From Noviherbaspirillum sp. (GTDB taxonomy: Bacteria; Pseudomonadota; Gammaproteobacteria; Burkholderiales; Burkholderiaceae_D), in contig DASVLM010000215.1 of the NCBI GenBank assembly GCA_036384875.1, positions 1 through 34,599 of the forward strand: a stretch of DNA of 34,599 nucleotides. The letters are read 5' to 3'. Positions within the stretch are counted from its first letter, which is position 1, and each line of letters starts with the position of its first letter. The notes below the pieces were generated by a model. It made no database searches and was not told the DNA's origin. It was given only the letters and a program-made list of their open reading frames with translations. The translations under genes were made by a program, and so were the position numbers. Of this stretch, positions 10,929-19,472 are shown in pieces.

Positions 10929-11198
10929 ATGCCCAGGCTCGTCTTCACCCAGCAGTTGCGCCGCTTCACCGAGGTGCCGGAAATCGACACCCCGGCATTG
11001 GTGCTGCGCGACGCACTCGAAGACGCGTTCCGGCACAACGCGCGACTGCGCGGCTACATCCTCGACGATCAGGGCCACCTGCGCCAGCATGTGGTCGTCT
11101 TCATCGACGGCCAGCGCGTCACCGACCGCGCGTCACTCAACGACAAGCTTGCACCCGCCAGCAATGTGCATGTGCTGCAGGCACTATCAGGAGGCTAG
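10929..11198 (+). CDS. MoaD/ThiS family ubiquitin-like (beta-grasp) protein
   Basis: 89 aa; LRGYILDDQG.LR.HVVVFIDG pattern; ends LQALSGG-stop. Confidence 0.9.
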   Translation: MPRLVFTQQLRRFTEVPEIDTPALVLRDALEDAFRHNARLRGYILDDQGHLRQHVVVFIDGQRVTDRASLNDKLAPASNVHVLQALSGG

Positions 11199-11200
11199 GC

Positions 11201-12301
11201 ATGACAAACCGGCGCGCATTGGTATCCACCCGCAAGGGCCTGTTTGAACTCGTTCGCGGCAGCAACGGCTGGACCATCGCCGACGTCAGCTTCCTCGGCG
11301 AACCGGTGTCATACAGCTTGGCCGACCCGCGCGACGGCACCCTCTATGCCGCGCTCAACCTCGGCCACTTCGGCGTCAAGCTGCATCGCCGAGACAAGGA
11401 TGCGAAGGAGTGGAAGGAAATCGCGGTGCCCATCTACCCGCCGCAACCGGAAAGCACGGACAAGGACGTGCCATGGAAACTCACGCTGATCTGGGCACTG
11501 GCTGCCGGCGGCGCTGACGAACCCGGCACGCTGTGGGCCGGCACCCTGCCCGGCGGCTTGTTCCGCTCGCGCGACCGCGGCGAGTCGTGGGAACTGATCC
11601 GTCCACTGTGGGATGCGCCGCAGCGCCGTCACTGGTTCGGTGGCGGCTACGACGTGCCGGGAATTCATTCGATCTGCGTCGATCCGCGCGACAGCAAGCA
11701 TGTGCTGCTCGGCGTTTCCTGCGGCGGCGTGTGGGTGACGCAGGATGGCGGCAACACCTGGCAGCTGAGCTCCAAGGGTCTGCGCGCGACCTATATGCCG
11801 CCCGACCAGGCGGATGACGAGGGCGTGCAGGACCCGCACCTGGTGGCACGCTGCACTGCCACGCCTGATGTGCTGTGGTGCCAGCATCACAACGGCATGT
11901 GGCGTTCGGACGACGGTGGCAAATACTGGCAGGAGATCGGGCAGAACTGCAAACCGCAGATGTCCGACTTCGGCTTCACAGTGGCGGCGCATCCGCATGA
12001 TCCGCTCACGGCATGGTTCGTTCCTGCGGTGGCGGACCAGCGTCGCGTGCCGGTCGATGCTGCCCTGTGCGTGACGCGTACACGCGACGGCGGCAAGAGC
12101 TTTGAAGTGCTGCGCAAGGGTTTGCCGCAGCGGCATTGCTATGACCTGATCTATCGTCACGGGCTGGCGGTGTCTGAGGACGGCTCTACGCTGGTGATGG
12201 GGTCGACTACCGGGGGCTTGTGGATTTCGGAGAATGGCGGGGATGAGTGGCAGGAGATTTCTCGAGGGCTGCCGCCGGTTTATGCGGTGGCTTTTGGCTA
12301 G
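11201..12301 (+). CDS. BNR/Asp-box beta-propeller protein (sialidase/YCF48-like fold), function unknown
   Basis: Repeated Asp-boxes SRDRGESW, TQDGGNTW, SDDGGKYW, TRDGGKSF, SENGGDEW; GGAGG RBS inside the Ubl 3' end; no signal peptide. Confidence 0.85.
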   Translation: MTNRRALVSTRKGLFELVRGSNGWTIADVSFLGEPVSYSLADPRDGTLYAALNLGHFGVKLHRRDKDAKEWKEIAVPIYPPQPESTDKDVPWKLTLIWALAAGGADEPGTLWAGTLPGGLFRSRDRGESWELIRPLWDAPQRRHWFGGGYDVPGIHSICVDPRDSKHVLLGVSCGGVWVTQDGGNTWQLSSKGLRATYMPPDQADDEGVQDPHLVARCTATPDVLWCQHHNGMWRSDDGGKYWQEIGQNCKPQMSDFGFTVAAHPHDPLTAWFVPAVADQRRVPVDAALCVTRTRDGGKSFEVLRKGLPQRHCYDLIYRHGLAVSEDGSTLVMGSTTGGLWISENGGDEWQEISRGLPPVYAVAFG

Positions 12302-12339
12302 TTTTCTTTGTTGCTCTGTTGCCCTGTTGCGCTCGTGCC

Positions 12340-12509
12340 GTTGCTGGGAGGCGCCTTGGGCATTGGGGCGGGGAACAAAGGCAATGCTTAAGTTAACAGC
12401 CTCTGCCTGACATGCTTCTTGGGTAGCTAAATTTTTTTTCTTGGGAGCCGGACACATTGAAGTGTTGCAGATGTTCCCCGCCCCAATGCCCAAGGCGCCT
12501 CCCTGCAAC
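12340..12509. repeat. 170-bp element with 38-bp inverted arms (REPIN/MITE-like)
   Basis: 12340-12377 and 12472-12509 are reverse complements at 37/38 positions; 94-nt more AT-rich spacer. Confidence 0.85.
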
Positions 12510-12563
12510 TACGCTGGTTATGCTTGAACGTTGGGCTTGCTAATTGGTTTGCCGAGATCGCGA

Positions 12564-13601
12564 CTAAATCATTTCTCGCAACGGCTTCCACACCATTTCC
12601 GCCGAAATTCCCCGCATGCAGTTGTGATGGCCTAGCGGGCATTCGCGCTGCTTGCAGGGCGCGCAATCGATGCCGAGCCAGATCGATTTCGCCTTGTCGG
12701 AAAACGGCGGCGCATGGTTCGGGTCGGTCGGGCCGTAGATGGCGACGATGGGTCGGTTCAGTGCCGACGCAATGTGCAGCAGGCCGGAGTCGTTGCTGAC
12801 CATCGCTTCAGCCTTGGCAATCAATGCGATTGCCTCGCCGAGAGAAGTGATTCCCGCCAGGCTGATGACACCGGGTGCGAGGCGCACGATCTCTTCGCAT
12901 ACCTGCGCGTCCTTCGATGAACCCAGCAGCAGCACTTGAGCGTTCGGACGGTCGGCAAGAATCTTGTTTGCCAGCTCGGCGAAATGCGCTGCCGGCCATC
13001 GCTTGGCGGAGCCGAATTCTGCACCGGGCGCGAAGGCGAACAAGGGGTCGTTGAAGCGCAGGTTCAGCTTCATCAGCACCTGCCCGACAACTTCGTCCGC
13101 GATCGACAGAGACGGGCGCGGCAATGCCGAAGGCGGCGGCACGTCGCGCTTCGGCACGTCGGCCAGCGCGGAGTAGAACGACACCATCGGCCGCGGCGCA
13201 TCCGGGTCGTCATGGTGCATCACGTTGATCAGCCCGTAGCGCATCTCGCCCTTGTAGCCGACGCGGCGCGGTATGCCGGCCAGCCAGGGGATGAGTGCGA
13301 ATTTCAGCGTGTTCGGCAGCACGTAGGCATCGGCATAGCCGCGCGCCTTCAAGGTCTTCGCGTAGGCGCGGCGCTCGCCGAGCTGTAGCGCGCCGTGGCG
13401 GAACGGCGCTTCGAGCACCGTGTCCACTTCACGCATCGCGCGCCACACCGGCGCCACCCAGGCGGGAGCGAGCACGTCGATCGGGCGCTCGGGATGCTTG
13501 TCTTTCAACAGCCGCAGCAAGGGCTGCGCCATCACTGCGTCGCCGATCCAGTTGGGCGATATGACGAGCATGCGCGGCACGCCGGGAACCGGAACGGTCA
13601 T
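12564..13601 (-). CDS. waaF: lipopolysaccharide heptosyltransferase II (GT9)
   Basis: SPNWIGDAVMAQPL, GEMRYGLIN, PGAEFGSAKRWP, NDSGLLHIA, YGPT, CPLGHHNC. Confidence 0.92.
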   Translation of the reverse strand: MTVPVPGVPRMLVISPNWIGDAVMAQPLLRLLKDKHPERPIDVLAPAWVAPVWRAMREVDTVLEAPFRHGALQLGERRAYAKTLKARGYADAYVLPNTLKFALIPWLAGIPRRVGYKGEMRYGLINVMHHDDPDAPRPMVSFYSALADVPKRDVPPPSALPRPSLSIADEVVGQVLMKLNLRFNDPLFAFAPGAEFGSAKRWPAAHFAELANKILADRPNAQVLLLGSSKDAQVCEEIVRLAPGVISLAGITSLGEAIALIAKAEAMVSNDSGLLHIASALNRPIVAIYGPTDPNHAPPFSDKAKSIWLGIDCAPCKQRECPLGHHNCMRGISAEMVWKPLREMI

Positions 13602-14188
13602 TTGTTGCGCGGCACGCGGCCCATCAGGAAGAACTCGTCGTTCGGGCGCATCGAGATCGCATTCGCCATGCGGTTGGAAAGACCGAAGAAGGCGGTGATC
13701 GCAGCGATGTCCCAGATGTCTTCGTCGTCGAAACCATGCTTGCGCAGTTCGACGTAATCATCGTCGCTCACCTCATGCGAACGCTCGCAGACCTTGATCG
13801 CGAAATCGAGCATGGCTTTCTGGCGCGGCGTGATGTCGGCCTTCAAATGGTTCACTGCAACCTGGTCCGCCACCAGCGGCTGCTTCGCGTAAATGCGCAG
13901 CAAGGCGCCATGCGCTACCACGCAATACAGGCAATGGTTGCGCGCGCTGGTTGCCGTCACGATCATCTCGCGGTCGGCCTTGGTAAGACTGCCGGTCTCC
14001 TTCAGCATCAAGGCATCGTGGTAGGCGAAGAAGGCGCGGAATTCGGCCGGGCGATGCGCCAGCGTCAGAAAGACATTCGGCACGAAACCAGCCTTTTCCT
14101 GCACTTCGAGGATGACCTGGCGGATATCGTCCGGCAAGTCCTTCAGCTCAGGTACGGGAAAACGGGAGATCGCAGGGGAAGCGTTCAT
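13598..14188 (-). CDS. peroxidase-related enzyme, AhpD/CMD family
   Basis: GFVPNVF, REMIV, N-H-C-L-Y-C-V-V-A-H (CxxC plus H); TGATG coupling to msbA and ATGA overlap with waaF. Confidence 0.9.
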   Translation of the reverse strand: MNASPAISRFPVPELKDLPDDIRQVILEVQEKAGFVPNVFLTLAHRPAEFRAFFAYHDALMLKETGSLTKADREMIVTATSARNHCLYCVVAHGALLRIYAKQPLVADQVAVNHLKADITPRQKAMLDFAIKVCERSHEVSDDDYVELRKHGFDDEDIWDIAAITAFFGLSNRMANAISMRPNDEFFLMGRVPRNK

Positions 14189-15924
14189 CACTCAGGCTCC
14201 TTCGCAAATTGCAGTTGGTAGAGGTTGGCATACACGCCGTTGTGCGCGAGCAGTTCGGCGTGTGATCCGGATTCGACGATGCGGCCTTCCGACAGCACGA
14301 CGATGCGGTCGGCGCGCTCGATGGTGGAGAGACGGTGCGCAATGACCAGCGTGGTGCGGCCGCGCATCAGCTCGTCGAGCGCGGCCTGTACTGCGCGTTC
14401 GGATTCGGTATCGAGCGCGGAAGTCGCTTCGTCGAGAATGAGGATGGGCGCGTTCTTGTAGATGGCGCGTGCTATTGCGAGGCGCTGGCGCTGGCCGCCG
14501 GAAAGGCGGTTGCCGTTGTCGCCGATCATGGTGTCGAGTCCTTGCGGCAGGCCGGCGACGACATCGGCAAGATGCGCTGCCTTCGCTGCCGATTCGATGC
14601 GTGCGCGGTCCGGATTCGCGTCGCCGTAGGCAATGTTGGATGCCACCGTATCGTCGAACAGCACCACATGCTGGCTCACCATCGCGATCTGTCCGCGCAG
14701 GCTGGCGAGCGAAATGTCGCGGATCGGCTGGCCGTCGAGCCGGATCTCGCCGGAAGTCGGCGCATAGAACTCGGGCACGAGGTTGACCAGCGTGGACTTG
14801 CCGCCGCCCGACATGCCGACGAAGGCTACCGTTTCACCGGGCCGGATGTTCAGGTCGACATGCTGCAGCGCTGGCTTCTCCTGGCCGGCGTAGACGAAGC
14901 TCACATCCGAGAATTCCAGCCTGCCGGTGGATCGTGTCGGCAACGCCTTGCCGTCGGTGCGTTCCGGCTGCGCATCGATCATTTCGAATACCGCATCCGC
15001 CGCGGCGAGGCCGCGCTGCAGCGGGCCATTCACTTCGGCGATGCGCTTCAACGGCGTGAGCAACATCAGCATCGACGAGATGAACGCAACGAAGGTGCCG
15101 ACCGTCGCCTGCCCGCTGTGGGCTTGCAGCAGCGCGATCACGACAACCAGCGACAACGCGCACGCGGCGATCAGCTGCGTGATCGGGACGGTGGCGGCGA
15201 AGGTGCTGGACATGCGCATCGTATAGCTGCGCAATTTTTCGGCACGCTGCTCGAAGCGCTCTTTCTCATAGCGCTGCCCGCCGAAGATCTTGATGACCTG
15301 CTGCGCGCGCGTCGTCTCTTCCAGCACTTGCGTCATCTCGGCATTGACGCCGAGGTAGTTCTGGGTGAGCCGCTGCAGCCGCTTGCCGGTCTTGCGCACC
15401 ACGTAGGCGGTGGTCGGGATCAGCACCAGCGTGATCAACGTGAGCTGCCAGTTGTAGTACAACAGCACTGCAAACAAGCCGATGGCGGTCAGCGCGTCAC
15501 GGATCAGTGATGTGATGACGTTCTTGACCATGTCGATGATCTGCTGCGTTTCGAACATCATCGAGTTGATGACCTTGCCGGTGGAATGCTTGACGTAGAA
15601 GCTGACTGGCACGTCCAGCAGGCGCACATAGACATCGCGGCGCAGGTCGTTCTGCAGGCGGCTCGTCACCCACGTCATCATGTAGGTGGTCATGAAGGTC
15701 GAGACGCCGCGGATGAAGAACAGGCCGACCAGGCACACCGGCACCAGCCAGACCGGAAAACCGAGCTTGCCGACGAAACCCTTGTCGAGCAGCTCCTTCA
15801 TCAGGTAGGTGAGCGTGGGTTCGGTCGCCGCGGTGATGCCCATGCCGACCAACGCGAGAAACGTGCGCTTGCTGTAAGGCTTGAGCATCCCGGCAAGGCG
15901 CTTCAGGTTGATGGGCAATTTCAT
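14188..15924 (-). CDS. msbA: lipid A export ABC transporter permease/ATPase
   Basis: N-terminal transmembrane domain plus NBD (GMSGGGKST, VSQHVVLFDDT, LSGGQRQR, DEATSALD); LQRGLAAA; LPS gene context. Confidence 0.9.
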   Translation of the reverse strand: MKLPINLKRLAGMLKPYSKRTFLALVGMGITAATEPTLTYLMKELLDKGFVGKLGFPVWLVPVCLVGLFFIRGVSTFMTTYMMTWVTSRLQNDLRRDVYVRLLDVPVSFYVKHSTGKVINSMMFETQQIIDMVKNVITSLIRDALTAIGLFAVLLYYNWQLTLITLVLIPTTAYVVRKTGKRLQRLTQNYLGVNAEMTQVLEETTRAQQVIKIFGGQRYEKERFEQRAEKLRSYTMRMSSTFAATVPITQLIAACALSLVVVIALLQAHSGQATVGTFVAFISSMLMLLTPLKRIAEVNGPLQRGLAAADAVFEMIDAQPERTDGKALPTRSTGRLEFSDVSFVYAGQEKPALQHVDLNIRPGETVAFVGMSGGGKSTLVNLVPEFYAPTSGEIRLDGQPIRDISLASLRGQIAMVSQHVVLFDDTVASNIAYGDANPDRARIESAAKAAHLADVVAGLPQGLDTMIGDNGNRLSGGQRQRLAIARAIYKNAPILILDEATSALDTESERAVQAALDELMRGRTTLVIAHRLSTIERADRIVVLSEGRIVESGSHAELLAHNGVYANLYQLQFAKEPE

Positions 15925-16075
15925 TGTTCAGTGATCAAGTGGCAAGGATGGTGGCAGGAAGGGCAAATGACGGCCGGCGGCAGGAAAAAGCGATTACAAT
16001 CCCTCTCGACTTTGCCAAAGCCGACGCGGCGCCATGGACGTTTTTGCATGGCGATTCACGGGGCGCCAGGGACGC

Positions 16076-16837
16076 ATGAAACTCTCCGTCATCATCATCA
16101 CGAAAAACGAATCCGCTCATATCCGGGAATGCCTGGAGAGCGTCCGCTTTGCAAATGAGTGGATTATAGTGGATTCGGGTAGCACGGACGGCACCGCGGA
16201 CATTGCCCGCGCCTTCGGCGCCACGGTGATCGAAACAGCCGACTGGCCCGGCTTCGGCCCGCAAAAGAACCGCGCACTGGATGCCGCCACCGGCGACTGG
16301 GTGCTGTCGGTGGATGCCGACGAGCGCATTCCCGAGACGCTGCGCGACGAAATCCTGGCGGCGATGCAGAACGATACGCATGCGGCCTACGCGCTGCCGA
16401 GACTTTCCAGCTTCTGCGGCCGTTTCATCCATCATTCGGGCTGGTATCCGGATTACATCGTGCGCCTGTTCAAGCGCGGCACCGCACGCTTCTCCGACAG
16501 CCTGGTGCATGAAAGCGTGATCGTCTCGCAAGGCAGCACCGGCAAGCTGCAATCGCACATCGTGCACTTCAGCTATCTCGACGACGAATCGGTGCTGCAC
16601 AAGCTCAACCACTACACCACCGCAGGCGCGAAGCAGGCCTACGCCGCCGGCAAGCGCAGCGGACTGGGCAAGGCGGTATCGCATGGCATTGCGGCCTTCC
16701 TGCGCTCGTATGTTTTCAAGCGCGGCTTCCTGGACGGCGGCGCCGGCCTGATGGTTGCCATCTCTGCGGCCGAGAGCGCGTATCACAAATACCTGAAGCT
16801 GATGCTGCTCACCGAAGCGCAACAGGCGAAGAAATGA
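16076..16837 (+). CDS. glycosyltransferase family 2 (WaaE/KdtX-like LPS core glucosyltransferase)
   Basis: LSVIIITKNE, VDSGSTDGT, WPGFGPQKN, DADE, WYPD, VHE, GFLDG. Confidence 0.9.
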   Translation: MKLSVIIITKNESAHIRECLESVRFANEWIIVDSGSTDGTADIARAFGATVIETADWPGFGPQKNRALDAATGDWVLSVDADERIPETLRDEILAAMQNDTHAAYALPRLSSFCGRFIHHSGWYPDYIVRLFKRGTARFSDSLVHESVIVSQGSTGKLQSHIVHFSYLDDESVLHKLNHYTTAGAKQAYAAGKRSGLGKAVSHGIAAFLRSYVFKRGFLDGGAGLMVAISAAESAYHKYLKLMLLTEAQQAKK

Positions 16838-17874
16838 AGTTCACGCCCAAACACATCCTCATCTGCCGCACCGACAATATCGGCGACGTCGTGCTGACGC
16901 TGCCGCTGGCCGGCTACCTGAAGCAACGCTTTCCGGATGCGCGCATCGGCTTCCTCTGCCGTGCTTATGCGGCGCCGATGGTGCGCCATTGCAAGGCGCT
17001 CGATTATGTCGTGGAGTCGGACACGCTGAAGGATGCCACGAAAGAATTCGCGAAGTCCGATATCGATACCATCATCTTCGCCAAGCCGGACAAGGCGCTC
17101 GCCGTGGCAGCGAAGAAGGCCGGCATCAGGAATCGCGTGGGCACCAGTCATCGCTGGTTCCACTGGATCACCTGCAACCGTCTTGCGCACTTCAGCCGCG
17201 TGAAATCCGACCTGCATGAAGCACAGCTCAACTTTGCTTTGCTGAAACCGCTGGGCATCGATTACATTCCGCCGCTGGAAGATATTCCCGCGCTGTATCA
17301 ACTCAGCGCGCCGCCCTTCCACGGCGAACCGAAGCTCGATCCGGCGCGGCTCAATGTCGCGATCCACCCTAAGTCCAATGGCAATGGCCGCGAATGGCCG
17401 CTCGCGCATTACACCGAACTGGCGAAGCAATTGCAGCAGCACGAAGACATCCGGCTCTGGGTCACCGGCAGCGAACGCGAGGGCAAGCTGATTGCCGAGC
17501 TTGCGCCCGAACTGCTGGCGCAACCGAACGTAACCAACACCTGCGGCACATTCACGCTTGATGAATTGACTTCCTTCATTAATGCCTGCGATGGCTTGAT
17601 CGCCAGCGGCACCGGGCCGATGCATCTCTCGGCTGCGCTAGGAAAACATACGCTCGGCTTGTTCCCGCCGATTCGCCCGATCGATCCCGGCCGCTGGGGC
17701 ACACTTGGAAGCAAAGCGCAGGTACTGGTCAAGCCGACCGGCTGCGGCTCATGCAACAACCCGGCCGATTGCGCCTGCATGCGCAACATCACGCCCGACG
17801 ATGTCGCCCAGGTTGTGCTCGGTTGGCGTGCCGCAGTGTTTCGCAAAGATGCTGCGCCATCCCGCATGCAATAA
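16834..17874 (+). CDS. glycosyltransferase family 9 (heptosyltransferase-like)
   Basis: RTDNIGDVVLTLP, HP...REWP, SGTGPMHLSAALG; ATGA overlap with GT2. Confidence 0.88.
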   Translation: MKFTPKHILICRTDNIGDVVLTLPLAGYLKQRFPDARIGFLCRAYAAPMVRHCKALDYVVESDTLKDATKEFAKSDIDTIIFAKPDKALAVAAKKAGIRNRVGTSHRWFHWITCNRLAHFSRVKSDLHEAQLNFALLKPLGIDYIPPLEDIPALYQLSAPPFHGEPKLDPARLNVAIHPKSNGNGREWPLAHYTELAKQLQQHEDIRLWVTGSEREGKLIAELAPELLAQPNVTNTCGTFTLDELTSFINACDGLIASGTGPMHLSAALGKHTLGLFPPIRPIDPGRWGTLGSKAQVLVKPTGCGSCNNPADCACMRNITPDDVAQVVLGWRAAVFRKDAAPSRMQ

Positions 17875-17915
17875 CGCGTGCAATCACACACGCAATAACG
17901 CCGCGCAATAAAAAA
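17868..17915 (+). repeat. short degenerate tandem repeat, 4 x 12-13 bp (GCAAT core)
   Basis: GCAATAACGCGT / GCAATCACACAC / GCAATAACGCCGC / GCAATAAAAAA. Confidence 0.65.
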
Positions 17916-17936
17916 TGGCAGGCGCCATGGCCTGCC
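17910..17936 (-). terminator. Rho-independent terminator of the Ala/Lys-rich gene
   Basis: Stem GGCAGGC/GCCTGCC (17917-17936) followed on the minus strand by A then T6. Confidence 0.75.
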
Positions 17937-17957
17937 TTGGTGTCACAAGGGATCGAT

Positions 17958-18287
17958 TTACTTCTTGGCGGCATCTGCCTTGGCGCTGGCCTTGTCTGCC
18001 TTTGCGTCGGCAACTGCGGCAGCCTTGTCGGCATTCGCTTCAGCCTTGTCCTTGGCAGCATCTGCATCGGCTTTGGCTTTCTTCTTTGCAGCCTTGGCTT
18101 CTGCCTTCGCTGCCTTCTTGTCGGCCTTGGCTGTTTTCTTCTCTGCCTTCGCATCAGCCTTGTTCATGTCGTCCGCTGCTGCCGATGCAGCGGGCTTGTC
18201 GCTGGTGGCGGCCGGAGCAGTGTGGCTGGCAGCGAAAGAAGCGGAAGCGAACAGGCCGGCGATCATCAAAGCAATCAGTTTCTTCAT
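17958..18287 (-). CDS. small secreted Ala/Lys/Asp-rich low-complexity protein
   Basis: Signal peptide MKKLIALMIAGLFASASFA; KADAK/KAEAK repeats; own terminator; purine-rich RBS (AAAGGG). Confidence 0.85.
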   Translation of the reverse strand: MKKLIALMIAGLFASASFAASHTAPAATSDKPAASAAADDMNKADAKAEKKTAKADKKAAKAEAKAAKKKAKADADAAKDKAEANADKAAAVADAKADKASAKADAAKK

Positions 18288-18433
18288 GTGAATACCCTTT
18301 CAGAGTTAAGAAAAACGCTTAGCGCGTGTAACTCTAGAACGGTGTCGCAGGCGAAAAGCTGACTTGCGATAAGAAGTGTTACATATCGAGCCAAGCCGTG
18401 ATGCGAATCAACTGAATGAAAGCATCACGCGCA

Positions 18434-19351
18434 TCAATAGCGATCCCATTGCGGCTCGGGCCCGAAGTGCTCCAATAGATGATCGATGAAGGCGCGCACC
18501 TTGGGCTGCATGTAGCGGTTAGGCATGTAGATCGCATAGAGCGCCATATCAGGATAGGCGACGTTGTCGGCAAGGATTTCCTTCAGGCGCCCGCTGCGCA
18601 AATGATGACCAAGGATGTAGGTCGGAAACAGCACGATGCCCATGCCGTCGAGTGCGAGCTGCAACAGCACTTCGGAATTGTTGACGCGGCAGCGCCCTCC
18701 GGGCTGCAGTGCGATCTCCTTGCCGTTCTGCATGTAACGCCACCCGCTGCGCAGCGCGGGGACGCCCTGGTACACCAGGCATTGATGCCGGCTGAGTTCC
18801 TGCGGTGTTTGCGGCGTGCCGTGACGTTCGAGATACGCCGGCGAAGCGCAGGTCGCCCATCGTACCGGCGCGATCTTGCGCGCCACCGTGTTGGGCGGCG
18901 GATTATCGGTGATGCGTATCGCGAGGTCGAAGCCTTCCTCGACGAGATCGACCGTGCGGTCGCTCGCGTTCAGTTCGACTTCCACGTTTTCGTGGCGATG
19001 AAGAAAAGTCTGCAGCGCCGGCGCAAGATGCAGCGAAGCAAAGATCACCGGCGAGGTCAGGCGCAGCACACCACGCGGGTCCGCCTGCAACTGCGTGACG
19101 GTTTGCGCGGCGGCATCGATTTCCTGCACGATCCGCGCGCAGTGCTCGTAATAGGCCGCGCCGATTTCAGTCAGGCTCATGCGCCGCGTGGTCCGCTGCA
19201 ACAGGCGCACGCCAAGCGCCTTCTCCAGGTTGCCGACCTGCTTGCTGACCAGCGACTTCGACGTATTCAACGCCTGGGCCGCTGCCGAAAAGCTCTTCGT
19301 CTCGACTACCTTGGCGAACGTCATCATTTCTGCGAAATGTTCCATGGCCAT
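18434..19351 (-). CDS. LysR family transcriptional regulator (CrgA/DmlR-like)
   Basis: FAKVVETKSFSAAA..LE..LGVRLLQRTTR, DLVEEGFDLAIR, PKVRAFID; start could be 19345. Confidence 0.95.
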   Translation of the reverse strand: MAMEHFAEMMTFAKVVETKSFSAAAQALNTSKSLVSKQVGNLEKALGVRLLQRTTRRMSLTEIGAAYYEHCARIVQEIDAAAQTVTQLQADPRGVLRLTSPVIFASLHLAPALQTFLHRHENVEVELNASDRTVDLVEEGFDLAIRITDNPPPNTVARKIAPVRWATCASPAYLERHGTPQTPQELSRHQCLVYQGVPALRSGWRYMQNGKEIALQPGGRCRVNNSEVLLQLALDGMGIVLFPTYILGHHLRSGRLKEILADNVAYPDMALYAIYMPNRYMQPKVRAFIDHLLEHFGPEPQWDRY

Positions 19352-19355
19352 CCCG

Positions 19356-19377
19356 ATTATCCACTGATGGAAACAAT
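19356..19377. promoter_or_regulatory. probable LysR binding site
   Basis: ATTATCCACTGATGGAAACAAT: TCCA/TGGA dyad with T-N11-A, adjacent to the LysR start in the divergent intergenic region. Confidence 0.5.
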
Positions 19378-19472
19378 CTTATTCCATTTCACATGATTGT
19401 AAATAAAGGAGGACAAACCATAATGACTTTCAAGGAGGACACGATCTGCCCTCCAGGACCAAGGAGAACGCC

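Noticed and set aside
11201-12301. Calling the propeller a true sialidase
   Set aside because: Asp-boxes indicate fold only; no FRIP motif or signal peptide, and no sugar-utilisation context
12340-12509. Possible CRISPR repeat or IS ends
   Set aside because: Only two copies, inverted rather than direct; no cas gene or transposase; no target-site duplication
16030-16053. CGCCATG/CATGGCG inverted repeat upstream of GT2
   Set aside because: Short 7-bp GC-rich stem with no supporting feature
17751-18362. Cys/Leu/Gly-rich 203-aa plus-strand ORF
   Set aside because: Antisense of the repetitive Ala/Lys-rich gene, which has the signal peptide, RBS and terminator
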